Assembly: GCF_009914755.1 (NCBI RefSeq) | Contig: NC_060931.1 | DNA: 64,000 nt | Strand: one strand, 5' to 3' | Origin: the human T2T-CHM13v2.0 reference genome, Homo sapiens | In this document: positions 1 to 15,001 of the stretch, piece by piece | How positions within the stretch are numbered: position 1 is the stretch's first letter | Layout of the letters: each line of letters starts with the position of its first letter | The notes under the pieces: model-generated | Told to the model about the DNA's origin: nothing | The model's input: only the letters and a program-made list of their open reading frames with translations | The model's database searches: none | Position numbers and translations under genes: made by a program

Positions 1-56
1 GTCTAGAGAGCTTCAAGATCTTCCAAGCAACTCTGCAGAAAAAAGATTCTATCTGA

Positions 57-358
<302 letters not shown>

Positions 359-376
359 CTATCTGACACATTGGCG

Positions 377-511
377 TGGATTCAGGCAAATCCAGAAATT
401 GGATTTGTCCGAATACAGTAAATGGCTGCATTAAATATATTAATTCATTAAATGCATTAAGTTGCTGCAGAGATTTCCACTGTTTCATTATTACACCGTT
501 TATTTATGCAG
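377..511. other. Unique AT-rich element with three adjacent imperfect inverted repeats; candidate ancient conserved palindromic element
   Basis: Stem 377-417 (TGGATTCAGGCAAATCCA/TGGATTTGTCCGAATACA), stem 428-457 (TGCATTAAAT/ATTAAATGCA), weaker CTGCA..TGCAG stem 465-511; many TAAT/ATTA cores. Confidence 0.5.
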
Positions 512-1774
512 TCTCCTACAAATGGACAATTAAAAGCTATCGGCTCTTACAGGCAAGGGAAGGTCACCCAGGGGTTCTCATGGTCCACATTCTCAAAAAA
601 ATAATATAAATAAATAGTTCCACAGACGTTAGCTCCTTCCTGCTGCTGCCACTGCTGCTGTGCCCTTTACTCAAATTCTCCCAATGGTTACATTTCACAT
701 AACTACAGCGCAAGAGAAAAACCAGAAAACTGAGGTGAGCACAATTGGTGTATGGTGTGTCTAGAGCTCTATGCCATTTCCCCACCGGTGCAGATTCAAG
801 TGAAACCTACTGTCATCAAGATACAGAACTGTCCACCCCCAGAAAGGTCACCAAGCTGCCCTTCTATGGTCACAGCCACCTGCCCCATCTGGGACATCCT
901 TACCTGGCAACTGCTCATCTGTTTTCCATCACTATAATTTTGTCATTTTGAGAATCTTATACAGATATGACTTTCAGAGATTGGCTTTTTTTTTTCAACT
1001 CCGTCCAACATACTCCATCTAAGTGGCTGCATGTTCCTTTTTATGTGGAAACGGTATTCCACGGTACGGAGGTAGCATTGTTTGTTTTAACCCTTCCCCT
1101 GTTTCCAGATTTTGGTTTATGTAAATCAAGCTGCTGTGAACATTTGCATGTAGGCTTCTGTGCCTATGTAAGTTTTCCCTCCAGAGGGAGCAATCCCCAG
1201 GAATGTGGGTGCTAGGTCATCCGGTGAAGTGTGTTTCTTTTTGTAAGAAACTGCCAGACTGTTTTTCAGAGCAGCTGTACCCTTTTACATCCCACCAGCA
1301 ATGTGGGAGGAAACCATTTTCTGCACCTCCTCAACAGCATTTAGTCCTGTCACTAGTGTTTATTTTAGCCAACTTGATAGGTGTGTGGCAACGTCTCATT
1401 GTGCTTTTAATCTGCATTTCCCTGCTAGGTAGCGACGCCGAACATCTTTTCGTGGACGTATTTGCCATCAAATATCCTTTTCGGTAAAATGTCTCGTCCT
1501 TGGCCCATTTTCTAATTGGATTGTTGGTTTTTTTAGCTGTTCGGTTTCAGAATTCTTTATATATTCTGGGTGAGTACTTTGTTAGAAGCATAATTTGCAA
1601 ATATTTGCTCATAGTCTGTAGTGTGGCTTTTCTTCCTTCACAGGGTCATTACAGAGCGCATACTTTTAATTTTGATGAAGTTCAATTTATTGATCTTTTT
1701 TTGTGTGTAGATCATACTTCGGCATCATGCCTAAGAATGCTTTACTAGGCCCGACGTCCTAAAGATTTTCTATG

Positions 1775-2209
<435 letters not shown>

Positions 2210-2914
2210 TAAGTATAACATTTACACGGAGGTTTCTATTCTAGCCTGTGGATATTGACTTGCTGGGGCAATAATCACACAGCAATTCAATAACCATTTT
2301 GGGTTTTTTGTTTTTAATTGTTAGCAATTTGTTTTCAATTTGTTATTTGTTGAAAAGGCTTTCTCTCCTCCATTGGACTGCTTCCACACTTTTGTCAAAA
2401 AAACCGTTGGCCATACACGTGTGGGGCTATTTCTGGGTCTTCTATTCGATTATTTTAATCTAAGTCTCTTACTCTCTGCCAATGGCACGCAGTCTTGATT
2501 ACTCTAGCTAGGTCAGTCTTGATATCAGATAGATTCTTCCCACTTCACTCTTCTTTTTCAGAATGGTTTTAGCTGTTCTGGTTTCTTTACCTTTCCATGT
2601 AAATTTTAGAATAATCTGGTCCATATCTACAAAAAAAAAAAAAAAAGTCCTGGCTGGCGTTTTGATAGGAATTGTGTTAAGTCCAAAATTCTTGGGGGAG
2701 AGTTGACATCTTTCCTATGATGAGCCTTATCCATGAACATGGACTATCTCTCCTTTTTTTAAAGTGCTTCTTTTATTTATTTAATAACCATTTTGTAGCT
2801 TTCAGCATGCAAGTCAGGTGCATACTTTGTTAGATTTTCACCTAAGTAATTCTTTCTTTCTCTTTTTTTTTTTTAGTGATTATAGATGGTATTGTATTTT
2901 TTTTATTTTGTGAT

Positions 2915-3157
2915 TTATTATTATTATTATTATACTTTAAGTTTTAGGGTACATGTGCACAATGTGCAGGTTAGTTACATATGTATACACGTGCCATGCT
3001 GGTGTGCTGCACCCACTAACTCGTCATCTAGCATTAGGTATATCTCCCAATGCTATCCCTCCCCGCTCCCCCCACCCCTCAACAGTCCCCAGAGTGTGAT
3101 GTTCCCCTTCCTGTGTCCATGTGTTCTCATTGTTCAATTCCCACCTATGAGTGAGAG
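2915..3157 (-). mobile_element. Young L1PA (PA2/PA3-like) 3' end, ~240 bp, 5' truncated
   Basis: TATACTTTAAGTTTTAGGGTACATGTGCAC...CCCACTAACTCGTCATCTAGCATTAGG diagnostic 3' UTR. Confidence 0.92.
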
Positions 3158-3657
3158 TGTGTTCATGGGTAGAATAGAGAAAAAATTACTTTTTGTATGT
3201 TCCTCTTATGTACTGCACCTTACTGAATTCACTTATGAGTTCTAGGATGTATTTTGTGTAATTCCTTGGGATTTTCTAAGTAGACGATTATGCCATCTGC
3301 ATATACAGACAGTTTTAATTCTTCATTTCTGATCCATATGTCTTTCATTCCCTTTTCTTTACTTTTCATGCTGGCTAGAACTTTTGATACTATGTCAAAT
3401 AGCAGTACTGAAGGCAGACATCCTTGCCTTGGCCCTTATCTTGGGGGAAAAGCATTCAGTCTTTTGCCATTAAGTATGATGCTAGCTGTAGGTTTTTGTA
3501 GATTTTAAAAATCAAGTTAAAGAAGTTGCCCTCTAGTCCTAGTTTTCTGAGAGTTTTTATATAAATGGCTGTTGCATTTGTCAAATAGTTTTTCTGCATC
3601 AATTGATGTGATTATGTAATTTTTCTTCTTTAGCATATTAAGGTGATCGATTACATT

Positions 3658-3790
3658 TAATGATTTTCAAATGTTTAACCAGCCCGTATCCTTAGGGCAA
3701 ATTCCACTTAATCATGGTATGTAATGATTTTCAAATGTTTAACCAGCCTGTATCCTTAGGACAAATTCCACTGAATCATGGTATGTAATG
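3658..3790. repeat. 64-bp tandem duplication inside L1
   Basis: Two copies starting at 3658 and 3722, 3 substitutions, TAATG microhomology at the junctions. Confidence 0.95.
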
Positions 3791-5560
3791 CTTTTTATGT
3801 ATTGTTGAATTCTGTTTGCTAATATTTTGTTCATAATTTTTTTGTCTATATTCATGCATAACATTGTTCTGCACTTTTCTGTACTGTCTGGTTTTGGTAT
3901 CAGGGTAGTACTGGCTTCATAGAATGAGTTAGGAAGTGTTCTTGCCTCTTCTGTTTTCTGGAGAGATTGTGTAATTAGTATCAATTCCTCTTTAAGTATT
4001 TGGTAGAGTTCTCCAGTGAGTCCATCTGGAAATTTCTTTTTCTGTAGATTTTCAATTATGAATTCATTTTTCTCAATAGTTATAGGGATATTCAGAAAAT
4101 CTGTTTCATACTGGGTGAGTTCTGGTAGTTGGTACTTTTCAAGGAATTCATCCATGTCATCTAACATCAAATTTACGTGTGCAGAGCTGTTTGTAATAGT
4201 CCCTTCTTTTAATGTTTACAGAATCTGTGGGGGATCTCCCTGGCCCATTCATTATATTAATAATTTGTATCTTTTTTTTTTTTTGTCAGTTTGACTAGAA
4301 GTTTTCAATTTTCTTGAATATTTCGAAGAAATAGCTTTGGTTTCACTGATTCTCACTCTTTTTATATTTTCAGTTTTATTGATTTCTGCTCTTTATTATA
4401 TCTTTCCTTCTGCTGTTTTGGTTTATTTTGCTATTCTTTTTTTCTAGTTTCTGGAAGCAGGAGTTTCCATCATTGATTTCAGACTTTTCCGCTCTTCTAA
4501 TATAAACATTTTGCTCTAACCTTCCCTCTCAACACTATTTTAGCTTCATTTCACAAATTATTATATGTTGCATTTTCATTTCCATTTGGTTCAATGTGTT
4601 TTTATTTCTGTAATACATCCCGTCTGACAGGTGGAAATGTAGAAGTGTGTCATTTTGTTTCCAGTATCTTTGAAGATATTCTTGTTATCTGTTACTGATT
4701 TTTAGTTTGATACCATTCTGGTCAGAGAACACTGTATGGTTTCAATTACTTTAAATTCAGTACTTTCATTTTCAATCTATGTATGTCATTCTACATGAAT
4801 TGTGTTACTTATAGTTAGATCATGTTTCTTATCCACTCTGCCAACCTTTGTCTTGAAGTGGTATATTTAGACCATTTACATTTAATATAGTTATTGATAT
4901 GTTAAGACTTAAATTTGCCATTTTATTATTTTGTTTTCTCTTTGTTCTGTTTTTTGTTTTGTTTTCTTTTTTCTTGCATTCTTCTAGGCTGCTTTATCAC
5001 TTGTTTTTAACTTTTTTTATAGTGTACTTGTCACACAAAAGTTTCAAACTTTACATAATTTGCTCGAAATGTATCTTGCTACCTAGTGCTGCATACTTTC
5101 AGTAAACTGGAAGCCTCTAGCACTTGAGCATTTTCATTCCTGCTGCATTTTATGCAATATTAAGACCTCTACAAAGCCCAAGTCACCATCCACTCTTGCC
5201 CAACTCCATGCTCCAGGCCCAGGAGGAATCATGGAAATTACATGACATTTTCAAGAGTCCTGTGACCCACCTCCAGAGACGCAGACTGGATTATTACCTG
5301 CCAGAGGAAAATAGAGGAAGACTAAGCCTAGGAGGTCTAAAAGAATCCCCTTTTCTTTCAACCTGTTACAAGTAAATTTCTAGTTTTTTATTGATAGAGC
5401 TAAAAACTCAGTTGAAGGCAGAGTGCCTCCTTCTTTAGAAGAACACTTGAGATGCAATTCAATGTGAAAGACTGGGCACATTTGGTCTTTGAAATAGAAA
5501 AGATGACAAAAATTTTAATATGTCTATATATATGCAAGAAGACTGTTGACTCTTGGGGGC

Positions 5561-5906
5561 TTATATGGTTTGGCTGTGTCCCCACCCAAATCTCATCTTG
5601 AACTGTAGCTCCCATAATCCCCATGTGTTGTGGGAGTTACCCTGTGGGAGGTAATCGAATCATGGGGGCAGGTTTTTCCCATGTTGTTCTCGTGATAGTG
5701 AATAAGTCTCATGACATCTGATGGTTTTCTAAAGGGCAGTTCTCCTGGATGTGCCCTCTTGCCTGCCACCATATAAGATGTGCCTTCTTTCTTCCTTCAC
5801 TTTATGCCATGATTGTGAGGCCTCCCCAGCCATGTGGAACTGTCAGCCCATTAAACCTCTTTTATTTACAAATTACCCAGTCTTGGGTATGTCTTTATTA
5901 GCAGCA
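5561..5906 (+). mobile_element. THE1 (C/D-like) MaLR solo LTR
   Basis: ATATGGTTTGGCTGTGTCCCCACCCAAATCTCATCTTGAA...TTACCCAGTCTTGGGTATGTCTTTATTAGCAGCA. Confidence 0.9.
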
Positions 5907-7559
5907 TCATCTGTCCTCTGTGCCCTGGGAAGACAACATTTTATTTTCATCTCCCAACGTTCTTTTAGCCTCAGGAACATGGAGCCACACCCAGTGGCTT
6001 GGAGATTGTGTCTGTACTAAACCCATCCATGAAGCTCAGTTGCACTTCTTAGACAAATTTTCAAATGCAGATGCCAGTGAGTGCAAACTCTTCGGGTTGA
6101 AAAGGGGCTGAACCACACAAGCCAGGGCAACAGAGTGCTGCATCTCAAGATTTTGTTTCCTTGACTCTGGGTGGGAATTTTAATAGGTAAAAGGCTAGTG
6201 ATTTCAATCAATGCCTTGTCTCCTCTGTACATGGTCAGCATGTTGGGCTGGCCCAGTGATTTCCAAAGTTTTAACATTCAATATCATCTTCACTATTTTT
6301 TCCCATATCCAATCACCCCCCCATGCTATTATTCACGGTTTTCTTTAAGTCCATTTCTCTCTCTTTTTATCTTAAATCCATATAGCTTTATCTTATGAAA
6401 TGGTATCTTAAAAATTCTGAATTACAGGTACCAGTTATAATTTTTTCTGATTTACCATAAGATGGTTGATATTAACCTAATGAATCTCTCCATGTACCAC
6501 CCAAACCATCTCGTGTGCAACTTTGGGAAACAATGTAGTGGGAGATGGAGAGGTCCTGAGTGTCTGAGCAGTGAGGATACAGCAGTGGAACATCTAATGG
6601 GACTTTCTTCTTCTACAGGGGATTCTGGAATTTTGAACTGTAATGTTTTAAGCAGTACAACAAAATAAGAGGGTAAGGCTCTCCTCATTAATCCCCTTCC
6701 CTTCACACAGCAAAGTGAGGCAGGTCAGGGCTGTGCTCTCTAAAAGGCCAGGCCAGTGAGCCTGTCTGGGAGTAATGTCAGGGAGGACATGGTATCCTCT
6801 GTGATCTTTGCTGTCTTAACACCCCAGGCTCTCAATATCAATCGCACTTACACAGTAGACGTGGATACATTGTAGGATCCTATCCAGTTGAAAATTAATC
6901 AGCCAATATTTGGGTTGCAATCGTATTCAGGCCCTGAATCAGGTACAAGGCAAGGACTCCCCCTTCCAGGATCTTCTTGGAGTAGCTGGTATCTGGGTGG
7001 AGTCTTGAACAACATAGGAGAGCAAGTAGAAGTTGGCTAAAGAGAGACTATTAGAGCTCAGTGGGGGTAGACTTAGACCGATGCAAATTCAACACTCTAA
7101 ACTCAAGGATGGTAGCAATCACCATGAAGATGGAACAGAAGCTGCGGCCACCACCCTCCAGCCAAAGCCACCCTCCTCCAGTGTGCATGCTCAGGTCCTG
7201 GCGGGAATGTCATTATGGGGGTTAAGTTTTTCTTTGAAATGATTCCATATAAAAGCCACAACTAGCTAGTGTTGTATGTGCTGTGGACACAGCTACCAAG
7301 TTTCATTTTCTCCTCTTTTCTTTTCAGGATTCAAACAAAACAAATTTTAATGCTGTGGTCAATGTTGTTTGCTAAAATATTTGAGGACCAGGGTAGACAT
7401 CAAATCTATGCAAGGCGGTATTGGACACCATCGATCAATATACTGATCACATTTTTATACAGCTTAACCTAAATGTCTCTTGAAATTCCCATTTTAAAAG
7501 AATCAGAAATGCCAATATTTCTATACCAACAACCAACTACTACCTCCATCTCTACCCCT

Positions 7560-8135
7560 CATTCATTTATCAGGCTTTTTTGGTGCTTTTACCCATAGAT
7601 CAGGCACTATGATAGACACAGAGGGAACAAAGATATTTAAAGAACATGCCCTTGTGTTCATGGTTCATGGTTCTGTGAAGGAGGGAGACAGTTTAACAGA
7701 TGTTGCAAGTTCAACACAAAACTAAGGTCAGGTACAGTGGCTCACACCTGTAATCCCAACACTTTGGGAGGCCAAACTGGGAGGATCACTTGAGCCCAGG
7801 AGTTCAAGACTAGCCTGGGAAACAAGAGACCCTGCTTCTACAAAAAATATAAAATTAGCCAGGCATGGTAGTGCACACCTATAGTCCCAACTACTCAGGA
7901 GGCTAAAGCTGGAGGATCACTTGAGCCCAGAAGGTTGAGTCTGCAGTTACCTATGATCTCACCACTGCACTCCAGCCTGGGTAACAGTGAGACCTTGTCT
8001 CAAAAAAAAAAAAAAAATTCAACACAAAGGCTTGAGAGTTCTATAGGGAACACAAAGTAAATCTAGAAAGCTACCTAGAAAAGATGGTTTCTGAGAAGGC
8101 TTGAAGGATGAATAGGAGTTGGCAAATAGAAAAGG
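7560..8135 (-). mobile_element. L2 fragment split by AluJ (probably continues ~8790-8915)
   Basis: CATTCATTTATC..CAGGCACTATG.. and CTTGAAGGATGAATAGGAGTT L2 3' motifs. Confidence 0.6.
7726..8017 (+). mobile_element. AluJ
   Basis: GATCACTTGAGCCCAGG J-type diagnostics; TSD TTCAACACAAA. Confidence 0.93.
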
Positions 8136-8139
8136 AGAA

Positions 8140-8770
8140 AAGCCATTTCACACCCACCAGAATGGCTACAAATATAAAAGACTGACATTACCAAATGTTG
8201 ATGAGGCTGTAGAGCAACTGGAACTCTCATACATTGCTGGTGAGAGTGGAAATGGCTTAACCACCTTGAAGAATGGTTTGCCAGTTTCTTATAAAATTAA
8301 ACATACATTTACCCTATAACTCAGCAATTATTTACCTAGGTACTTATCCAAAAGAAATGAAAACATGTATCCCCAAACCAAAAACTTGTACAAGAATGTT
8401 CACAGCAGCCTCAATCATAATCCAAGTGTTCATCAACAGAAAATGGACAAACAAATCTTTGCACATCCATATCATGGACTACTTCTTGGCAATAAGAACA
8501 AACTATTGATATGCACACCAGTGTGTGTGAATCTCACAAGCATTATGTTGTGCAAAGGAGGCTATACACGAAGGAATACTTATAGTATGATGCTATCTGT
8601 ATGACATCCAAGAAGAGACAAAAGCAAATCTATGGAGACAGAAATGAAAAGGTGGTTTGAGGGGTTAGGAAAAAGGGTAGGGAATTGACTGTCGCTTTCT
8701 AGATGGTGAGAATGTCTATGTTTTATTTTGACTATTGGTGACCTCAATTGAAACTGAACTCTTAAAAATG
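8140..8770 (+). mobile_element. Old L1 (L1MD/ME-like) 3' end
   Basis: CACACCCACCAGAATGGCTA..GAGCAACTGGAACTCTCATACATTGCTGGTG L1M motifs. Confidence 0.85.
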
Positions 8771-8919
8771 ATTTGTCTCAAAACAGAATGGGGCAAAGGG
8801 CCCTGTAATATTCTGCGTACAGTAGAGACTAAAGATTTCAACATGGCAAGAGCACATAGGATGCCTGATAAAAAGCTGGGAGGTAGATGGGAATGAGATA
8901 GTAAAAGAAATCATATTAG

Positions 8920-9303
8920 GAAGTGCTCCCCTGCAAACTCATGTTGAAATTTAATTACCAACATAACGGTATTGGGAAGTGGGGTCTTTAACAGGTGATT
9001 AGATTAATGCTGTTATCTCAGGAGTGGGTGAGTTATTGGGAGAGTGTTCTAGTTATCTCAGGAGTGGGTTAATTACTGAGGCAATGGGCTCCTATGAAAG
9101 GATGAAACTTGACCCCTCTTTCTGTCTCGGGTGCTCACTTGCCCTTCTGCCACGTGCTGATGCAGCATGCAGGCCCTCACCAAATGCAGCCCCTTGGTCT
9201 TGTACTGCCCAGCCTCCAGAACCATAAGCCAAATAGATCTCTGTTCTTTACAAATTACCCATCAATGGTATTCTATTAGAGCAATACAAAGCGGACTAAG
9301 ACA
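8920..9303 (+). mobile_element. MST (C/D-like) MaLR LTR
   Basis: AAACTCATGTTGAAATTTAAT...AAATTACCCA...GGACTAAGACA end. Confidence 0.8.
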
Positions 9304-9344
9304 GGCCGTATCCTTGAAATTAAATACTCAGATTTTAATTTATG

Positions 9345-10367
9345 CAGTATTCCTGTGCTCCTTACCTGTGGAGGATATGTTACAAGACCCTCAGTGGATG
9401 CCTGAAACCTTGGATGGTACTAAACCCTATACCTACTATGCTTTTTCCTATCTATACATACCTATGATCAAGTTTGAGTTGCAACAGCAAAAATAGCACA
9501 AATCTCTTTTTCCTCCCTCACAATTTCATGGATAGCAGTCTGCTGTTACCATAGATCTTAGCATCCTCAGCATACATTTTTTTTTCTTTTTAAGTCAACA
9601 ACTTTCATCTTTTCACTTAAAGGAAGTACTTTATGGCTTCTCTGTGGCATCTCTGCATTGCCATTATCACCACTCTTGCACTGTAGGGCCATTATAAAGT
9701 AAGGGCTGCTTGCACCTAAGCACTTCAATACCCCGTCAGTTGATCTCATAACCAACCGGCTACTAGTAGCTTATTTGTGGATAATCTAGACAGAGAGGGT
9801 ACACTGGATAAAGGGATGATTCACATCCCAGGCAGGATGGAGGGGGACAGTGCAAGATTTTATCATGCTACTCAGAACAGTGTACCATTTAAAACTTATG
9901 AATTGTTTATTTCTGGAATTTTCCATGTAATATTTTAAAACCGTATGTTTTAGTCTGTTTTCACACTGCTGATAAAGACATATCCAAGACTGAGATGAAA
10001 AAGAGGTTTAATTGGACTTACAGTTCCACATGGCTAGGGAGCCCTCAGAATCATGGCCGGAGGCAAAAGGCACTTCTAACATGGCAACAGCAAGAGAAAA
10101 TGAGGAAGACGCACAAGCGGAAACCCCTGATAAAACCATCAGATCTCATGAGATTTATTCACTACCATCAGAACAGTATGGGGGAATCCACCCCCCATGA
10201 TTCGAATTATCTCTCACAAGGTCCCTCCCACAACACATGGGAATTATGGGAGGACAATTCAAGATGAGATTTGGGTGGGGACACAGAGCCAAACCATATC
10301 ACCGTGGTTGACTCAGGGTATCTGAAACTTTGGAAAGTGAAGCTTTGGATAAAGTGGAACTACTGTA
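9345..10367 (-). mobile_element. MER44/Tigger7 DNA transposon, interrupted by THE1
   Basis: CAGTA...TACTG termini; GGATGCCTGAAACC and AAAACTTATGAATTGTTTATTTCTGGAATTTTCCA motifs. Confidence 0.85.
9946..10301 (-). mobile_element. THE1 (A/B-like) solo LTR nested in MER44
   Basis: TG..CA termini, 5-bp TSD CCGTA/CCGTG. Confidence 0.92.
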
Positions 10368-10770
10368 CCCTAAGTGGGGGAAAATAATAAGGAGGTTACA
10401 TGATAATAAGGTTTTAGGAAATAATCAGAAAGTTAGGCTTGCCAACCAGGATACTTTGGCTTGAAGAATATTTTTTAAGAGTCATTTACCATTTTGTTTT
10501 GTTTTGGGTCTTGGTGTCTGTAGCAGCGTCTATGAAGGCAAACAACCCATGCTGGCCATTCTGGGTCCTGTTCTCATTAAGTCCATCTGTCCAGCTTCTA
10601 GAAGGAGTTCTAAACCCTTTTTTACCAACCAAAGTGTAGGTTGCTTCTTCCATTGGTTTTCTTGAACAGAAGCAAGTTAAACTTGGGCTTTTGGAGATGG
10701 CAATTTTCTTTTCCCCCCTCTAACCAGATATAAGAATTAATCATCAGCTAGTAAGCTTGAAGCCTCTTTT

Positions 10771-11578
10771 CTTTTTCTTTTTTTTTTTTTAATTATACTT
10801 TAAGTTCTGGAGTACATGTGCAGAAAGTGCAGTTTTGTTACATAGGTGTACACATGCTATTGTGGTTTGCTGCACACATCAACCCAACCCTTACATTAGG
10901 TATTTCTCCTAATGCTATCCCTCCCCTAGCCCCCCACCCCCTGACAGGCCTCAGTGTGTGATGTTCCCCTCCCTGTGTCCACGTGTTCTCTTTGTTCAGC
11001 TCCCACTTATGAATGAGAACATGCGGTGTTTTGTTTTCTGTTCTTGTGTTAGTTTGCTGAGAATGATGGTTTCCAGCTTCATCCATGTCCCTGCAAAGGA
11101 CATGAACTCATTCTTCTTTATGACTGCATAGTATTCCATGTTGTATATGTGCCATGTTTTCTTTATCCAGTCTATCACTGATGGACATGTGGGTTGGGTT
11201 GGTTCCAAGTCTTTGCTATTGTGAATAGTGCTGCAATAAACATAAGTGTGCATGTGTCTTTATAGTAGAATGATCTATAATCCTTTGGGTGTATACTCAG
11301 TAATGGGATGGCTGGGTCAAATGGTATTTCTAGTTCTAGATCCTTGAGGAATCACCACATGGTCTTCCACAATGGTTGAACTAATTGACACTCCCACCAA
11401 CAGTGTAAAAGCGTTCCTGTTTCTCCACATCCTCTCCAGCATCTGTTGTTTCCTGACTTAATAATCACCATTCTAACTGGCGTGAGATGGTATCTCACTG
11501 TGGTTTTGATTTGCATTTCTCTAATGATCAGTGATGAGCTTTTTTTTTTCATGTTTGTTGGCTGCATAAATGTCTTCT
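10771..11578 (-). mobile_element. L1PA (PA7/8-like) 3' ~0.8 kb
   Basis: L1PA 3' UTR plus ORF2 C-terminal peptides in the ORF track (FAGTWMKLETIILSKL; [18 protein letters not shown]); TSD GAAGCC(T/C)CTTTT. Confidence 0.93.
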
Positions 11579-12919
11579 CAAAAGAAGCCCCTTTTCATAT
11601 TCATATATTCATTTCATACTCTGACAGCTTTGAAAATTTGGTCTGGCTCTTCATAATCTTGCATCTAAGACGCGGGAATTTGCTTGGAATGGGTGATAGC
11701 TTTTGTGAAATAAAGACGGGCTCATGTGGAGATGACTCAATGGGGGCACCTAAACCAACGTGATTTATCCACTGGCTGAAGCTAAAATACCCATAGATCA
11801 AGGCATCAAGGATCCCAGCACTCACCATCATACATTGCAGGCCTTTGTCAAGTGGCGGTCAATGCTTCAGGGCAACTGGGAGATCTTGGGAAGGCCAAGT
11901 TGTTAAGTTGTTGGGATCTTTAGGGCCGGGATTGCATTTTAATAGATTTCATAGTGACCCTTCTCTCACCTTTAACTCAGTAGTACAAACATTAAATGGT
12001 GCCAAAACATGCTGGACGGTTGGTTTTGGGAAAAGTTTCTTCCCTACACTTTTCAGTTTATTGTTAGTGGCAAATGCCCCAGACCTGGTCTCTGGTCCCA
12101 GTTTGGGCTCACATCAGCCACGTGGCCCTGGCGAGTCACAGGCCCTTCAGGTACCTGAGCGTCTTCACTTTTGGGAGAGAGAGGGTGGTGGCGGGTGCAG
12201 GAGAGGTCTATCCTTTCTGCAGACGAGATTTCCACAGTCTACCCTCAGGCTGAAAAAAACAATGGGTCTGAAAGATGCATGCCTAATTGTTTCCCCAGCT
12301 TAACTCCCAGCAAAGACAGAGTTCAGCTAGTTCTGCAGAGGAATCTTCTTTGAGACCCCCAACGCTAGTGATAGAGGTGCCCCCACTCCAGGAGTGGTTT
12401 CCAGGGTTAGCTCTCTGCTTATGGCTCCCAAATCTGCCAAAATGTCACCCGCCTTCCCGCCCCCCACAGTCTACCTTGGCGTCACGCTCCTTCTGAATGC
12501 TCTGGGAAGAAGGCAATGTCACATATGATCTGACTCCTTTAAAAAAAGAAATCTTTTTGGCAGTGCATCCATCTAATCCTTCCTTGGAGAAACTCCCAAG
12601 CTACACTCTGTAACCCAAGCTGTACCCGTTCCCATTCACTTGATCTGCTTTAGAAGCTGGGTTGAAACAGAATTTTGGAATCGGGCCTTATCATCACCAA
12701 ACATGAGAAATGGAAACGGCTCAGATCTGTCATCTCCCCAGCCTTCCCTAGCGGAGAGCTCCAGGAGGTAAAGGTTGGTTGGTGAGCCAGCCCCAAGGGC
12801 AGGCAGAGAGGAAGCTGGGCCCTCCAGCTCAGAGCCCCACCCGGGGGTCAGGAAGATGCCTGAGCTGGTGGGAGGTGGCAGGTCCTGGGTCTTGAAGCTC
12901 TTTCCATCTCCCGTGGTTG

Positions 12920-13062
12920 GTTTTTCTTCTTCCTGCCCTCTTCTTTCCTCCTGCCCTTCCTTCCTCTCTCCCATTCCTTCTTCTCGCCTTCCTTCTCCCT
13001 TTTCTCCCTTCCTTTATTCCTTCCCCTCACTTTCTCCCTCTCCCATCCTTCCCTTCTTTCTT
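12920..13062. repeat. Pyrimidine-rich (CT) low-complexity tract
   Basis: Almost pure C/T run. Confidence 0.85.
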
Positions 13063-13413
13063 CAATGCAGATCCCCTGGGCTCCGGTCACCGAGAGTAAA
13101 GCGGTGCCCATAACCCTCCTCCCTTCCATCCTAGGGACAGAGGCAGACATTCATCTGTGAATCTGCTGGCTCTGATAGTGCTAAAGGAAAGACACCCAAT
13201 TCCATGAGTGCATGTAACCAAGGAAGCCAACCTGGATTGGGGTCCAGGGCCCCCCTGAGGATGGACACACCCCTCTTCCTAATTTCTCTCAGCAGGAGAA
13301 ACTAAATATCTGAGAACATTCTCCGTCTGGTACAAATTCTTGCATTATACGTAAGTTTGGGCATCACCTTTGTATTAATAATGTGTGTAAGAAAATAGTT
13401 GAGCCATACCTAA

Positions 13414-14077
<664 letters not shown>

Positions 14078-14587
14078 TCAATCATTATTTTTTAAGCAGC
14101 AGAGGGTGGGAGGTGAGGGAGGATGCAGGATTCGAATTTTGAAACCTAGGTGTAGCAACAGCATGCTCTCTCCTGTGAGCCTCTCCTGCTCCCTTCCTCC
14201 CAGCGACCTGGGGAAGGTTCATCTTGGGATCCCTACATTCAGGTCCCAGTGATGTAGGGCTTCCCTCCTCTTTGCCTGGAGCTGGGGAGGAGGGGGCTCT
14301 TTGGACCTCACCATACTGGGAAGAAGGTCCCTGTGCTGGGTTCACGGAACCTCATGGGAAGTGCCTCAGAGCTCAGTTCTCCTCATGAGAAAGGAGTTAA
14401 AGTGGAAACAGAGGAGAATCCAGGTTTCTCAACCTGGGCGAGAAACAGAATGCTTCTCGGGGAACGAGGCGTGGGGCTGAATGCAGCAACTTTCTCCAGT
14501 CCAAACCAGTCTCAAGGCAGAGAGAAAGTGCAACCCCAAGCTCCACAGTTAGCTTCATGGGAGTAGTATCTATTAAAACAACATCTT

Positions 14588-14895
<308 letters not shown>

Positions 14896-15001
14896 AACAA
14901 CATCTTGAAGAAAAGGACGGAGCCTGTATTGTCGGAAATTTTCATTAACCAGCAAGGAACTCAAACCCTCAATTTGGCCAGATTTTCTTTCTTTTCCTGT
15001 C

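Noticed and set aside
3739-4170. 143-aa ORF resembling a reverse-transcriptase-associated protein
   Set aside because: Degenerate fragment of L1 ORF2 within a decayed L1M; not an intact or domesticated gene.
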